Below, piece after piece: positions 1 to 10,082 of a DNA stretch of 64,000 nucleotides. The stretch lies in IMG/VR virus record IMGVR_UViG_3300036970_000245. One strand, given 5' to 3'. The position numbers were made by a program, and so were the translations under genes. Numbering within the stretch: position 1 is the stretch's first letter; each line of letters starts with the position of its first letter. Source of the DNA: a virus. The notes under the pieces were generated by a model, which saw only the letters and a program-made list of their open reading frames with translations, searched no databases and was not told the origin of the DNA.

Positions 1-156
1 TATAACCCGGTCAGTCAAGCCCCGAATGGAACTCGACCTTCCCTTCAAGCGTTCCTATAGGGATGTTTATCACAAGAGGACATCTCTGTCAAATAATGAC
101 ACAGCGAGCGAGTCGGTTAAGTCAGCCAATACTTTAACGCCCGGAACCAAGTGAAT

Positions 157-432
157 TTAAGTGTTGTTACCTGGCTTACGAGTGATAACAAGATACATTG
201 TTAGCAATAGACAAGGTATCCCTACAAGACCAGGTGCACCTACAGCTAATTCATTAGCGAGAATACTCCATACAAGCCAGATAACACCGTTTACTAAACC
301 AAGCGTTAAAGTCCCTAGTGAAACACCAGCAACCGGTTGGTTTGTTCTTGCACACTGAATGGCCTTAATAGTTTGCGGTAACCATAAAATTACTGAGATT
401 AATGCTGCAATCCAACCTAGAATAGTAATCAT
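157..432 (-). CDS. PQ-loop / SemiSWEET-like small membrane protein
   Basis: 91 aa, three hydrophobic segments, LPQ motif after TM1 (VILWLPQTIKA), GVS motif. Confidence 0.65.
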   Translation of the reverse strand: MITILGWIAALISVILWLPQTIKAIQCARTNQPVAGVSLGTLTLGLVNGVIWLVWSILANELAVGAPGLVGIPCLLLTMYLVITRKPGNNT

Positions 433-561
433 CAGGCATAATCACATTCAAGAGTATTCCTGCCTGACATTAAAGTTGCATTTCCCATAAGGTTCTCCCC
501 GCCGTAAAGCAAGAAAATATCGTTACAAAAGTCTGCTAACAGGGTACAGTCTATTCCCGAG

Positions 562-1602
562 TCAGTTAGTGCGCTTGAAGCCCTGAGTCATACCCCAAAC
601 CTTCGTGAATCTTACAGTCAAGTCCTGAACAATGAACTCTACCTTGGACTCAAGTGTTCCTGTAGGGACATTTATCACAGTAAGACCTTCCCTGTCGATT
701 AGTTCAGCCCAAAAACCGATCTCCGATTCACGCTTGTCCCCACCATAACGAAGAGGGTCAACCTCAAAAGGTACATCGTCAGGAAGCAGGTAGTAAACAT
801 CAGCCATAAACTCTCGAGCATCTTCAGCAAGTTCAAGTGGTGGGGTCTTACCCATAATACCCCAGTAACCAAGGGTCGAGTAAAGGTCAGTGTCAAACAA
901 TAGGTAAGGGGCTTCAGCCTTATCCTTGACAAGCTTTTGGAGAGCATACTGCCCACGATGAATGTTGTTCATACAGTCGGGCGTGACATCCTGTTCCACG
1001 ACTTCAAGAAAAGGTCGAGCCCACTCTGGGCACCAAACTCCATATAGTTGCTCACTCACAAGCTTCGAGATAGTAGTCTTACCTACCGACTCTTGACCAA
1101 AGAAGACAGCATTTACCGTCATGTGCTTCCGGAACTCAGGGATGATCCTGTCCCAATTACCAACAGGATCTTCACGTACCGTAGTACCCCTGGCAGCGTT
1201 CAGTTCCCTTGGAATGTCAAAGGGCATGAACATTGCCCCAAGGGTTTCACCAAGCTTCAAACCATAAGGCTCACTCGCAACAACGTAGTCCCAGGTAACC
1301 CCAGGGTAAGTGTCACTGATTTCAGTCCTCCACCAATTCCAGAAGTCAGGGTGATCTTCCGGTTCCTGCGGTGCCTCATCGTTCACTTGCAGCGTGACAG
1401 TGACATTAGGGGAGTTCTCGAAGGCCTCATCAAGGGCAAGAGCCCTGACTTCGCCGGGGATTGGTTCCTGCGAGCGGGCATTCACCATTACTTCGACGTT
1501 GTTGTCAGGAAAGTTCGCCGCAAACGTAATCAGGTCCCTGTGCCCTGTAGTAGGCACAAGGGCCGTCATAAGGATAAGAGTGTTAGTTTGCTTGACCATC
1601 AT
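562..1602 (-). CDS. nadR: NadR-like NMN adenylyltransferase / ribosylnicotinamide kinase
   Basis: N-terminal nucleotidyltransferase-like PTTGH motif, C-terminal P-loop GQESVGKTT, PEWAR, DTD and DPLRYGGDKRES; overlaps pnuC by 4 nt. Confidence 0.8.
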   Translation of the reverse strand: MMVKQTNTLILMTALVPTTGHRDLITFAANFPDNNVEVMVNARSQEPIPGEVRALALDEAFENSPNVTVTLQVNDEAPQEPEDHPDFWNWWRTEISDTYPGVTWDYVVASEPYGLKLGETLGAMFMPFDIPRELNAARGTTVREDPVGNWDRIIPEFRKHMTVNAVFFGQESVGKTTISKLVSEQLYGVWCPEWARPFLEVVEQDVTPDCMNNIHRGQYALQKLVKDKAEAPYLLFDTDLYSTLGYWGIMGKTPPLELAEDAREFMADVYYLLPDDVPFEVDPLRYGGDKRESEIGFWAELIDREGLTVINVPTGTLESKVEFIVQDLTVRFTKVWGMTQGFKRTN

Positions 1603-2306
1603 GCACCTGCCGGGTTGACACTCTGGATCGTGATAGTTTCACGGGTTTGGGTCTTCATCGTCTTGTTCCATTGGATCAGGGCAACGACAGCGTTAAGGAT
1701 AAACAGGCCGAACTGGAAAGCAAGCAGGTAGAGACCCGAGTCAATGTAGACCCCGATCGAGACAATGTTAACTGCGATCCAGACGAGCCAGTTTTCAAGC
1801 TTCTTGCGGTCCATTAAGAACTGTGCAAGAACGGTTCCAACAAGGATCCAACCGTCGAAGCCGGCAAGAGTACCGCCATAGTGGTTTACGATAAGAACTG
1901 CACCACCCCAAGTGACTGCGGTTGCAAGAACATACAGTGGGAGTGCCTTCAGACCTACATGGGTCACAGGCTTAGGGTTTGTATCCTTGCCCCAGACAAA
2001 CCAGCCGTAAATAACGGTTGGGATCAGGTAGATGTTTACTGCCATGCTCCCGTAGAGGTCGGCCTGCCAGAATGTGATAACAAGTAGCGAGGTCGAGATG
2101 ACAGCGAGTACGTAGTTGAAGCGAACCTGTCGAGTGCAAAGCCAAGTACAGGCAAAGCTAAAGAATACGGATGCAGTCTCGAACCAGTTGATTTCAGTTT
2201 CAGTCAACCACTGAGTAAGCCCTAGCATCAGGGTAGTAAGTAAAAGACCGAGAACGAACGCCTCGGCAATATATCGTCGTGTCTGAATCACAGTTCTTTT
2301 CTCCAC
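1599..2306 (-). CDS. pnuC: Nicotinamide riboside transporter PnuC
   Basis: Multi-TM protein with YGWFVW, AQFLMDRKKLENWLVWIAVNIVSI motifs typical of PnuC; coupled to nadR-like gene. Confidence 0.88.
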   Translation of the reverse strand: MEKRTVIQTRRYIAEAFVLGLLLTTLMLGLTQWLTETEINWFETASVFFSFACTWLCTRQVRFNYVLAVISTSLLVITFWQADLYGSMAVNIYLIPTVIYGWFVWGKDTNPKPVTHVGLKALPLYVLATAVTWGGAVLIVNHYGGTLAGFDGWILVGTVLAQFLMDRKKLENWLVWIAVNIVSIGVYIDSGLYLLAFQFGLFILNAVVALIQWNKTMKTQTRETITIQSVNPAGA

Positions 2307-2382
2307 TATGGTTTTCGTACATTGATTGTTTACTTGAACTTAATTAAAATAATCAAATGAGATGCCGCTATCCTTGCAACAC

Positions 2383-2511
2383 TCAGAACCGATGTGCTTT
2401 AGGGTCGTACTTCTGGACTTGAAGCACCTTTGCGCTGTTTGGGATTCGCCGCTGCCTTGCCTTCAAGCGGTCCTCAACATCAAGGAAAAGTACCGGCTTG
2501 TTATCAGTCAT
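2383..2511 (-). CDS. Small ORF (42 aa), possible HAD-family remnant
   Basis: Read by hand: MTDNKPVLFLDVEDRLK...HRF*; purine-rich RBS-like sequence upstream; KPVLFLDV resembles HAD motif I. Confidence 0.3.
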   Translation of the reverse strand: MTDNKPVLFLDVEDRLKARQRRIPNSAKVLQVQKYDPKAHRF

Positions 2512-2569
2512 AATTGCTTCTTTCAAGAAAGGTTCTATTAGTCGGAAGCTTGAACAGTTGTGAAGCTAC

Positions 2570-2899
2570 TCAATCCAGGAAGACAAAATCGTCCGAGTCA
2601 GTGCGAACAAGGTGGAAGACGTAACTGTTAGCAGGGTTTACAGCGACAGCTTCAAGCATATCGTTGTTCCCAGCCTCCGGAGTCACATTATACACTTCCC
2701 GCCCGTTAGGGCTGGTGATGGTGTCCTTGATCGAAATGATCTCGCCCTCGGGGTCAGTCGAGATGACATAGCGATTATGAGTCCACTCACCATCAGCCCG
2801 AGTGATCGCAGCCGAGTAAACCCGCTCCTTGACAGGCACCGACTTATCAGTGAACCCACCCTTACGCAAGGTGACCGGTCGAATCATTGAAAGCTTCAT
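2570..2899 (-). CDS. Hypothetical protein
   Basis: 109 aa ORF with GAAAGG RBS and a consensus promoter upstream. Confidence 0.7.
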   Translation of the reverse strand: MKLSMIRPVTLRKGGFTDKSVPVKERVYSAAITRADGEWTHNRYVISTDPEGEIISIKDTITSPNGREVYNVTPEAGNNDMLEAVAVNPANSYVFHLVRTDSDDFVFLD

Positions 2900-2937
2900 G
2901 ATTTAGTGCCTTTCAGGCTGTAGTTGAGAACAAGACT

Positions 2938-2966
2938 ACTGTAACAGGTGTTCTAACAGATGTCAA
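2938..2966 (-). promoter_or_regulatory. Sigma70/SigA-type promoter
   Basis: TTGACA-N17-TACAGT on the minus strand. Confidence 0.7.
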
Positions 2967-3070
2967 ACCATTACGGAATGAAATCTCTAGATCCTGGATG
3001 ACTCGTCCCCGGAAGTCCGTAACGGTCAAACAAGACAAAATATTCAAGTGATACCCCGCACCAGGAAGAG

Positions 3071-3544
3071 TCAGTCTTGCTTAGTAAGGCCAGCCCAATC
3101 AATCATTTCTGTTGCAAGATAATCTTTGTAGTCTTCAGCCCAGGCAGTTACCCCGGCGATAGCGTCAGTGATGCTTTCGAAGTAATTATTGCGGGAGGCG
3201 CCGAAGACGTAACTGTAAACAGTCACTTGAGGTTGAGCGGCAAGCCATTCTTCAGTGTTGTACGTTTCTATCCAGGGTGGGAACTGGACGCTCAAGGCAC
3301 CTTCACTTGACTTGTGGGTGCAACCATCAGGGTCAAGAGTGTGCCAGGCAGTATGGAGTTCACCGATCATGCGGCGCAGTGTTGTCAGTTCTCTTACCCA
3401 GCGGTATGGTGCTGTGCATCGGGGGCACTCGGTGATGTTGGGGCATTGACCTGTTGGGTGGTCACTGCAGTCATGACAGAGTCCAAAGTCTCCCCTGTCT
3501 ACAGTGATCCCGTGTTCACAGGTTGTTGGCATTGTACGGCTCAT
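3071..3544 (-). CDS. Hypothetical protein with N-terminal Cys/His cluster
   Basis: 157 aa; CEHG...CHDC...C...CPRC; AAAGGA RBS-like sequence. Confidence 0.65.
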   Translation of the reverse strand: MSRTMPTTCEHGITVDRGDFGLCHDCSDHPTGQCPNITECPRCTAPYRWVRELTTLRRMIGELHTAWHTLDPDGCTHKSSEGALSVQFPPWIETYNTEEWLAAQPQVTVYSYVFGASRNNYFESITDAIAGVTAWAEDYKDYLATEMIDWAGLTKQD

Positions 3545-3558
3545 GGTGGAGAGTCCTT

Positions 3559-3798
3559 TTATGTGTTATTGATGATGCGCCAACAAGCGCCGTAGGCTCT
3601 CTGTTCGGCACTATTTTTTGCAGTGATAACTTTCACTGCTAACTTGTTGCGGATTTCAGCCTCATCATACTTGCTGCAGGCTGTCGCTAACCGCCATTCA
3701 CTTATGAATTGCTTGACGATCATTCTATAAATAACACTATCCTTAGCAGCCTTTGAGTTCATTAACTCTAAAAGAGCGTGCTCGTGAATAATACGCAT
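3559..3798 (-). CDS. Hypothetical protein
   Basis: 79 aa ORF, co-oriented with neighbours. Confidence 0.45.
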   Translation of the reverse strand: MRIIHEHALLELMNSKAAKDSVIYRMIVKQFISEWRLATACSKYDEAEIRNKLAVKVITAKNSAEQRAYGACWRIINNT

Positions 3799-3995
3799 GT
3801 TTGTGTCCCTTGTAGGTGTTTAAGAAATTCCAACAGTAATTTTGTTACTCCGCTGTTAGCGTAAGCGCCGTGAAAGTTTGGAGTATTTGGTTCATGATGA
3901 ACCCTGCAGAACTCGTTGTGAGTCAGATTACTGATGGAGACAATATCACGGTACAGTCTAACAGTTCTTTTGTCCGTGCATCGTGATTCACCCAC
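3768..3995 (-). CDS. Hypothetical protein
   Basis: 75 aa ORF overlapping the next gene; no motif. Confidence 0.3.
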   Translation of the reverse strand: MGESRCTDKRTVRLYRDIVSISNLTHNEFCRVHHEPNTPNFHGAYANSGVTKLLLEFLKHLQGTQTCVLFTSTLF

Positions 3996-4008
3996 AAGGT
4001 CAAACTAC

Positions 4009-4066
4009 TGCTGGGAGACTGCAAGTAACCGTCATTAGAGGCAAAGTTACTTGCAGTCTCCCAGCA
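4009..4066. terminator. Long perfect hairpin / probable terminator
   Basis: 21-bp perfect inverted repeat TGCTGGGAGACTGCAAGTAAC...GTTACTTGCAGTCTCCCAGCA, 16-nt loop, just past the stop of 4070..5068. Confidence 0.7.
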
Positions 4067-4069
4067 TGG

Positions 4070-5068
4070 TTACGAGCTCATGGGCTTTGAGGCCCAAGTG
4101 AGGTGCTGGGACTTCAGTTCAAACTCGGCCTCTTCATCAGTAAGTACATTCGGGCGATAGTGACCCTTAGAGTTGAACCGCTTGAAACTGTCATCCGAGC
4201 GTACCTGTGCATCCGTGACGTACTTCTCCTCACGGAGTTCATCAAGGGTGTACCATCCACAGTGCTGAGTGCGCCGTCCATTACTGAACTTCATCGAAGC
4301 GCCGTTCAGCCAGTACTTAGTAACACCATTCTCAAGCCGAGGCTTCCCCAGGAAGTAGTAGTGACCCATAGGGCTAGCCTTGATAAGCTCGGCAACCGGC
4401 TCGAGTTCCTTCATCGACTTAAGATAAAAGGTGTTTGCAGCAGAAATGTCAGCCTTGGTCTGGGCAGAAAGTTCACTTCCGTCAAAGAGTGTGAATCCGC
4501 TACCAAAACCGAAACCACCACCGCCAACGAGCAGAGTGCCTCGCTGAGCAGCATCCACCAGTCGGGTGAGAACTTCGTTGAAGAGGTTGTTCTTCTTCTC
4601 GAAGATCAGAAGGTTACCGAAATGGAACCAACCGGCTTGGAGTACCGTTTCACTGCTGTCATTGTCATCATTGTCATCATTGTCAACATGTGCAGACTTG
4701 AGATACTCAACCGCTCGGGAGACTTGATCCTGAACACCGTAGATGGTCGGGCTCGAGGCGAAACCGATGACATCATCAGTTTCGAAGACCAGGTCAGCTT
4801 GAGTCATACCCTTCGTGAGGTCTTTACCCATCCGCTTGGATTCCTTCGCCATGAATGACTTCTTGTGTGAAGCCGCAGTGAACCCGTTAGTCATAGCGCT
4901 AACGACAGCGCCCGGCTCTTCCTCATATCGGAAGTCACACGAGTACTGGATACCCACCATAGGGTCAGCACCCTTGTTCTCGACAAGAATAACGCCAGCC
5001 TGAAGTGTGCCAACACGGTCAACCTCGACTGCATCAAGCCGGTCACGAAGTTCGCTGTAAATGGTCAT
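4070..5068 (-). CDS. Hypothetical protein
   Basis: 332 aa, AAGGA RBS, own promoter and terminator; short DND repeat. Confidence 0.8.
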   Translation of the reverse strand: MTIYSELRDRLDAVEVDRVGTLQAGVILVENKGADPMVGIQYSCDFRYEEEPGAVVSAMTNGFTAASHKKSFMAKESKRMGKDLTKGMTQADLVFETDDVIGFASSPTIYGVQDQVSRAVEYLKSAHVDNDDNDDNDSSETVLQAGWFHFGNLLIFEKKNNLFNEVLTRLVDAAQRGTLLVGGGGFGFGSGFTLFDGSELSAQTKADISAANTFYLKSMKELEPVAELIKASPMGHYYFLGKPRLENGVTKYWLNGASMKFSNGRRTQHCGWYTLDELREEKYVTDAQVRSDDSFKRFNSKGHYRPNVLTDEEAEFELKSQHLTWASKPMSS

Positions 5069-5112
5069 CAGTATCCTTTAGTTCCTTAATACGGGAGCGG
5101 GGTACAAAGACT

Positions 5113-5141
5113 ACAATACACCACCAGAGCTTTCTTGTCAA
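5113..5141 (-). promoter_or_regulatory. Sigma70/SigA-type promoter
   Basis: TTGACA-N17-TATTGT. Confidence 0.7.
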
Positions 5142-5171
5142 CCCAGCATGATTTTTGCTTATGACTGTGGC

Positions 5172-6011
5172 TTAACCACAAGTGCCGTTACCTGGATTGA
5201 AAGAGATATGCACATGGTCGTAATGGTTCTGAGTGATAGAACCCCTATCAGACATCCAACGCCAGTAGGGGCGAGCAGTAGTGTAAATTTGTTGCTTCCA
5301 AATAACATAAGAGATGTTCAGGGTATTTTTGTTCTGTACAGCCCAGGCAGCCACATCATCACCTAAGGGACTACTTATTGGAACCATCACATCAAGAGCC
5401 AATCCCTTTCCGTGGTCCCGAGGATCACCAGGTCGAGTTCCACCAATGTTTGTGATCCCGAACTGGTTCATCACCATGGTGCGAACAACGCTAGGCCAAG
5501 GTTGTAAGAGACTGTCTCCAGTCGGTGCTGGGCATTCCCCAGGTAACGGTGGGGGTGCCTGACCGTCGATGACAGCATCTTGAGTAATTCCTGCAACTTG
5601 TGTTTCAAGCGCAAGCTTTTCAGCTTCTTCTTTCGCTTTGATTGCTTCCTCAAGAGCTCTGCGCTCGTTTTCTTTTACTGCTTCAGTCCAAACCCTTATC
5701 TTTTCGGCCTCTTCTTGTCGTTTGACTTCAGCAATGAAGTACCGTTCATTGGATTTCTGAATGAAGCCTTCAAAGCTTGTTTGAAGTGGGCTTGGTGTAA
5801 GTTGGTCTGCTAACAAGCCTAGGGGCGGTTCATCGGGCACCACAACGGTAGTTGTCGTGGTAGAGAGCGTGGTTGTTGTGGTGCTACTTGTGCTTGGTGG
5901 AGGTTGTTGCCTGTTCGCTGAGGTAGGAGTTGTAATTCCCTGTGTTATAGATACGAGTGCGAAGATGCCTCCTGTAAGTACAAGCAGTGGTTTCTTTCGT
6001 AGGGGGTACAC
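5172..6011 (-). CDS. Secreted probable cell-wall peptidase (ARB_07466-like / M15-like C-terminal domain)
   Basis: Signal/TM segment, Thr/Pro linker, coiled coil, then DHGKGLALDVM...ISYVIWKQQI...NHYDHVHISF. Confidence 0.75.
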   Translation of the reverse strand: MYPLRKKPLLVLTGGIFALVSITQGITTPTSANRQQPPPSTSSTTTTTLSTTTTTVVVPDEPPLGLLADQLTPSPLQTSFEGFIQKSNERYFIAEVKRQEEAEKIRVWTEAVKENERRALEEAIKAKEEAEKLALETQVAGITQDAVIDGQAPPPLPGECPAPTGDSLLQPWPSVVRTMVMNQFGITNIGGTRPGDPRDHGKGLALDVMVPISSPLGDDVAAWAVQNKNTLNISYVIWKQQIYTTARPYWRWMSDRGSITQNHYDHVHISFNPGNGTCG

Positions 6012-6119
6012 TGCTGGAGTTTCCTTTCAATTTTTATCAGTTGAGCGATCTACCAAATATCGGTGTCATACAATTGTAACAAAACTTCAGGGAATTCGAC
6101 TACAATCAAAACAAAAAGA

Positions 6120-6147
6120 AAGGCCGAGGGCTTTCACCCTCGACCTT
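6120..6147 (-). terminator. Probable intrinsic terminator
   Basis: AAGGCCGAGGG...CCCTCGACCTT hairpin followed by a T-rich tract on the minus strand, downstream of 6195..7889. Confidence 0.55.
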
Positions 6148-6194
6148 CCTTTACTATCCATTAAGCGCACAGAAAGACTGTACGTGACTAGAAG

Positions 6195-7889
6195 TCACTC
6201 CCCTTCACTTCCTTGGCCACCATTTGCCGACTGGCCAGCTCGATCACTGAGCTCACCCACAAATAGGTCAACACACTTCGTAAGGTCCTCCACAGTCATG
6301 GAGTCAATGTTCTTACTACAGTCAAGCGTGGTTTCAGTGGTTTCAGGCCCCTCAGGGGTGTCATCAAGCTGAACCAATGTTGTCGGGATTGAAGCATCAG
6401 CCGAAATGTCCATTTGAGACACAACACGACCGTTCAACTCAGCGAAACCTCTCCAGCGGTTACCGTCAATGGGGGTGAACTCTACAAGCTTACCACCATT
6501 ACTGATGAACATGCCTGCATTGTTTGCTAGATAGTTCCGTGCTGTTGCAACAAGAGTGTCAATGTTCACTCGGCGAGGGTCATCCTTGTCGAGGATATAC
6601 AAGTCCAACTTCGTGAGGTGACCTGAACGACCCTCGTCAGCAGGACTTACAGCATAACCTACAAAGATTTCACTTGACGAGGACTTCAGCGTCAGTGGGG
6701 TGACCCATTCAAGGCGTCCAGTCTTAGCGTTTGTCAACAGGTAGTTGTCAACGTTACCTTCCTGGTCACTCGAGTCAGTGGGCTCAAGACCGAAGCCGGC
6801 ATTCTTGTTCTTACGACCTGCAGCCCAGTCAAAAGAATCAACTTGCTTAGTGACAAGACTTGCAGGGTAAAGTCCGCCCTTGTACGTTCCCTCAGTCGGG
6901 TTCTTTACATGAGTCAACTTTGTCTTACCATTATCACCCTGAATTACGATGATGCCACCATAAGTCTCAACAGTTCGTGACTTAAAAACCTTGCGCTGAA
7001 CAGTCGGAACAATGACAATCGGTTCATCACCCTCGCAATAACCGTAAACATCACTCATAGAGTAGTTAAGCCCAGGGTAACGATCCGCCAAGAGGTTCGT
7101 AAGGCTGTTTCCACGCTCACCACCGAAAGCACGGTCAAGTTCATACTTGCTATCGAACAAGCACTGGTGCACCTTGCCCTTACCAGTCCACTCAGCGACA
7201 CCGCCCATAGACTGGTGCTTACCATGACCATCAAGAACGCCCGACCACTTGCGATCTGCGTAAGCAAGAGTATCCTCGTTCAAGGACACATTGTTCACAT
7301 CGCCGGAAGCATTCCGAATAACATTCGTGGCGCCCTGAAGTGAACCTGCCCGGGGCTTCCAACCATCCATAGGCAGCATACCCTGCTTGATACAAATGTC
7401 AACATCATGCTTAGACTTGTAAGCACAATTAGCGCTGGTTTCAGTAATCCCTGACATCAACCGCTTGACCGAGGTCATTTCATCAGGGTCACCGTCAATG
7501 AAAACAGTAGTGGCAGAGTTATAATAACGTGCAAAGTCCTTGTCATTATCCCATATCGTACTCACAGGAGTAATGACACCAGCCGCAAGTGTAATCAAAA
7601 CTACAGCAATTCCTACACGTTCACCAACACGGTTAGAAGAAAAAATTGCTACAACGCCAGCAATAAGCGGGAGTAGCAACACAGTCCAGATTGCGATGGG
7701 TGTCAAGGTAGAGTAATTACTTCCAGCCCACCAGCGTACTTCCTGCTGGAAAGTCATTCCATCAGCGATGAAGAAGATTGCCCCAAAGATTCCGGCGAAC
7801 AGGCTCAAAATAAGTCCAATTACAACGGCTACAGTCCTCCAGCCAGCTGACTGGCGCTGTCCATAATTGTACTGATACCTTGTCATCAA
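6195..7889 (-). CDS. Membrane-anchored extracytoplasmic protein
   Basis: 564 aa; three N-terminal TM segments and a large soluble domain; GGAG RBS. Confidence 0.8.
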   Translation of the reverse strand: MMTRYQYNYGQRQSAGWRTVAVVIGLILSLFAGIFGAIFFIADGMTFQQEVRWWAGSNYSTLTPIAIWTVLLLPLIAGVVAIFSSNRVGERVGIAVVLITLAAGVITPVSTIWDNDKDFARYYNSATTVFIDGDPDEMTSVKRLMSGITETSANCAYKSKHDVDICIKQGMLPMDGWKPRAGSLQGATNVIRNASGDVNNVSLNEDTLAYADRKWSGVLDGHGKHQSMGGVAEWTGKGKVHQCLFDSKYELDRAFGGERGNSLTNLLADRYPGLNYSMSDVYGYCEGDEPIVIVPTVQRKVFKSRTVETYGGIIVIQGDNGKTKLTHVKNPTEGTYKGGLYPASLVTKQVDSFDWAAGRKNKNAGFGLEPTDSSDQEGNVDNYLLTNAKTGRLEWVTPLTLKSSSSEIFVGYAVSPADEGRSGHLTKLDLYILDKDDPRRVNIDTLVATARNYLANNAGMFISNGGKLVEFTPIDGNRWRGFAELNGRVVSQMDISADASIPTTLVQLDDTPEGPETTETTLDCSKNIDSMTVEDLTKCVDLFVGELSDRAGQSANGGQGSEGE

Positions 7890-7987
7890 ATCTCCATTGG
7901 TTAAAGGCGGATTGTACCACCAGTAGGTTTATACTTCCGAAGTAGTAAGACTGCGAGGAGCCTTAATCTTCATTGTTCAACTGGACC

Positions 7988-8016
7988 ACTGTATCACATT
8001 AGAGTCACTTTGTCAA
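7988..8016 (-). promoter_or_regulatory. Sigma70/SigA-type promoter
   Basis: TTGACA-N17-TACAGT. Confidence 0.7.
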
Positions 8017-8250
8017 CTAATGGAATACAATGGCTCTCTCATCATCCCAGAACGTATTGATCTCTCCGCACCACTTGCACTGTGACGCAACAAGTGCTTG
8101 ATCTTCATAGAGAAGCCGGAAAGTACTCTCCCGCAAGTTCACTTTAAAGCAGTCACCGCACTCATATGTAGCGTAAATCCGAAACCGTGAGGCTAAAGTC
8201 CACGCTCTTGCCTGGACACCTTGCAACCCAAGGCTTTTAAAAGTACTCAT
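8017..8250 (-). CDS. Small zinc-ribbon protein
   Basis: 77 aa, CGDC...CKWC. Confidence 0.55.
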   Translation of the reverse strand: MSTFKSLGLQGVQARAWTLASRFRIYATYECGDCFKVNLRESTFRLLYEDQALVASQCKWCGEINTFWDDERAIVFH

Positions 8251-8405
8251 AACATTTTACTCCAAAGTCGGTGAAAGTAATGTATAAACATTACCAACTT
8301 TTGAAGTCAACAAGTGAAAAGCTGAGTTACTTGTTGAGAGCTAATCGTCAGCTATTAGCCGAAACTACTGTTGCCTACAGAGTGCTCTAAACAGCTTCTA
8401 TAGAC

Positions 8406-8444
8406 ATCAGCACTACGCGTTGACTACTCGTGTCTGTAGCTGTC
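8406..8444. repeat. Degenerate copy of the GTCAGCT-N25-AGCTGAC palindromic site
   Basis: ATCAGCA-N25-AGCTGTC in probable non-coding DNA. Confidence 0.35.
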
Positions 8445-8744
8445 GAAAAGGAGCACTTTGGGGAAATTGTTTCTGAAAATGGACTTACTGTCGTGTCCAT
8501 CACTACCTCTGTTATCTCACTTAGAATCAGCATACCGGAGGTGTGCAGACTTGCTGGCTTTACTGAACGAGTAGGCATTCATTACAAATCCCCACTCGTT
8601 CATATTGTTTGTAAGCGAACCTAACACCTTCGTCAGATCGAATCACCACACCGCGAAGGTTCCGAATCGACTTCTTTTTAAAGCGTTTCATAGGCTCTGT
8701 TCGTCTTGCTTGCTTAGTCAACCGTCGCAGAGGGTTCTCCTAGA

Positions 8745-8808
8745 AATCGGTAACCTTTAGGTTACTGTCCTGCAGTAATCGGTAACCTTTAGGTTACTGT
8801 CCTGCAGT
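8745..8808. repeat. 32-bp perfect tandem duplication
   Basis: AATCGGTAACCTTTAGGTTACTGTCCTGCAGT x2 (8745-8776, 8777-8808), spanning the stop codon of the surface-protein ORF and a small hairpin. Confidence 0.9.
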
Positions 8809-9468
8809 TCGCCGTTTCCTTTGATTAGTCACTAAAACGATTGCACCACTTATAATCACTAAAGCACCAACACGGATAAGGTTCCAATCAGTCTCATTGA
8901 CGGCATTACCTGAAGTAATTCTTTCGGGTGGAATGCCGGCAGGGTCTTCCGGTGTCGGTACTGGACTGGCAGGTGCAGTCGGTGTAGGACTGACAGGGGC
9001 AGTCGGTACTGGATTGGCAGGTATTGTTGTAGTTGTAGGCTCCTCAGGTACTGTTGTCGGTGTGGGCTCCTCAGGTACTGTTGTCGGTGTAGGTTCCTCA
9101 GGTATTGTCGTAGTCGTAGTTGTAGGTTCCTCAGGTATTGTCGTAGTCGTAGTTGTAGGAGGTGTAGAAACGATTCTTGTAGTTGCACAAGACCAATCGA
9201 GATCGTCCTCGCAAGGGTTCAGAACAATTGGAGGATCACAAGTATCCTCAGCAGCTTCTCCACAAACACCAGTCACTCGGTTAGTGACATTCCCACTAAC
9301 ACCATCAGAAAGAACACCCGTAAGAATCAGTTGTTCTTCACCACCCGGAGCGATTGATGGAAGTGTCCAAATGATGGTGTCATTATCGAATTCAGCAATT
9401 CCAGAAGTAGTATCACCAATTTCTACATCCGTGAGCCCTGCGGGAAGAACATCAGTCCTGGCGACCGT
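8794..9468 (-). pseudogene. 5'-truncated cell-surface protein (DUF11-like Ig domain fragment, PEEPT(T)n stalk, C-terminal anchor)
   Basis: The frame stays open upstream of the track start (9276) to 9468 with no start codon: TDVLPAGLTDV...WTLPSIAPGGEEQLILTG...GNVTNRV. Then PEEPT repeats, a TM segment and a RKRR tail. No signal peptide. Confidence 0.65.
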
Positions 9469-9773
9469 TCAACCGAACCGATCACAACCACATTATAACA
9501 ACAACTCGTGTCAGCAAGTGAACCCGCCCTTACTCAGTGAACTCGTGGTTTGCACAAGCTCACCGTACTTATTGCACAAGAACTCAGCAAAAGTCACTTA
9601 AAGTGACCAAAACCAGGCAATGACCAGCGCTAACAGTTTCCATAGCCCTATAGCTAAAGTAATGGTCTTAGCATAGAAGGAAAGTCTGTAGAGTTTCTTG
9701 CCTGAATTTACTTTCACTGGAGTCCAATACTCTAAGTGTTGACAGCGAAAGTAGCGTACCAACCTGGGTTCAC

Positions 9774-10082
9774 TTAACCATTGTCAAGAACATGCCCGCA
9801 ACATGAGCACTTTCGCACCTGGTTAACTGCAACCTCTTCCTCAAGTTCAGTCTCAGCCTGGTGCTTAACACCGTGCTCTTGATCAAGAATCAAGTGCTCG
9901 TGAGAAATACGATTCTTCACCCACTTCTTAGCGGACACCCACAACAGGAAAAGCAATGGACTCAAAATCAAGGCATCAAGGAGAGTGAACGTAAGTTCTA
10001 CCAGCAAGTGACCAGGGTCAGTCAAGATCTCCAGATACCGTTCCCAAACACCCTCACCAGCATGATCGTGGCTACCACTCAT
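9774..10082 (-). CDS. Small membrane protein
   Basis: 102 aa, one TM segment, C-terminal CSCC; TTGCAT-N17-TAGTGT promoter at 10120-10148. Confidence 0.65.
   Translation of the reverse strand: MSGSHDHAGEGVWERYLEILTDPGHLLVELTFTLLDALILSPLLFLLWVSAKKWVKNRISHEHLILDQEHGVKHQAETELEEEVAVNQVRKCSCCGHVLDNG

Noticed and set aside
1048..4858. Long + strand ORFs 1048..1731 and 4103..4858
   Set aside because: Antisense to better-supported minus-strand genes; no motifs.
8250..8745. tRNA or structured ncRNA in long intergenic gaps (also 15610-16050, 45470-45930, 58790-59070)
   Set aside because: No cloverleaf or known RNA motif recognised; an Infernal or tRNAscan run is needed to exclude them.
8897..9601. 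234-aa V/G/S-rich + strand ORF
   Set aside because: Antisense of the PEEPT-repeat surface protein.
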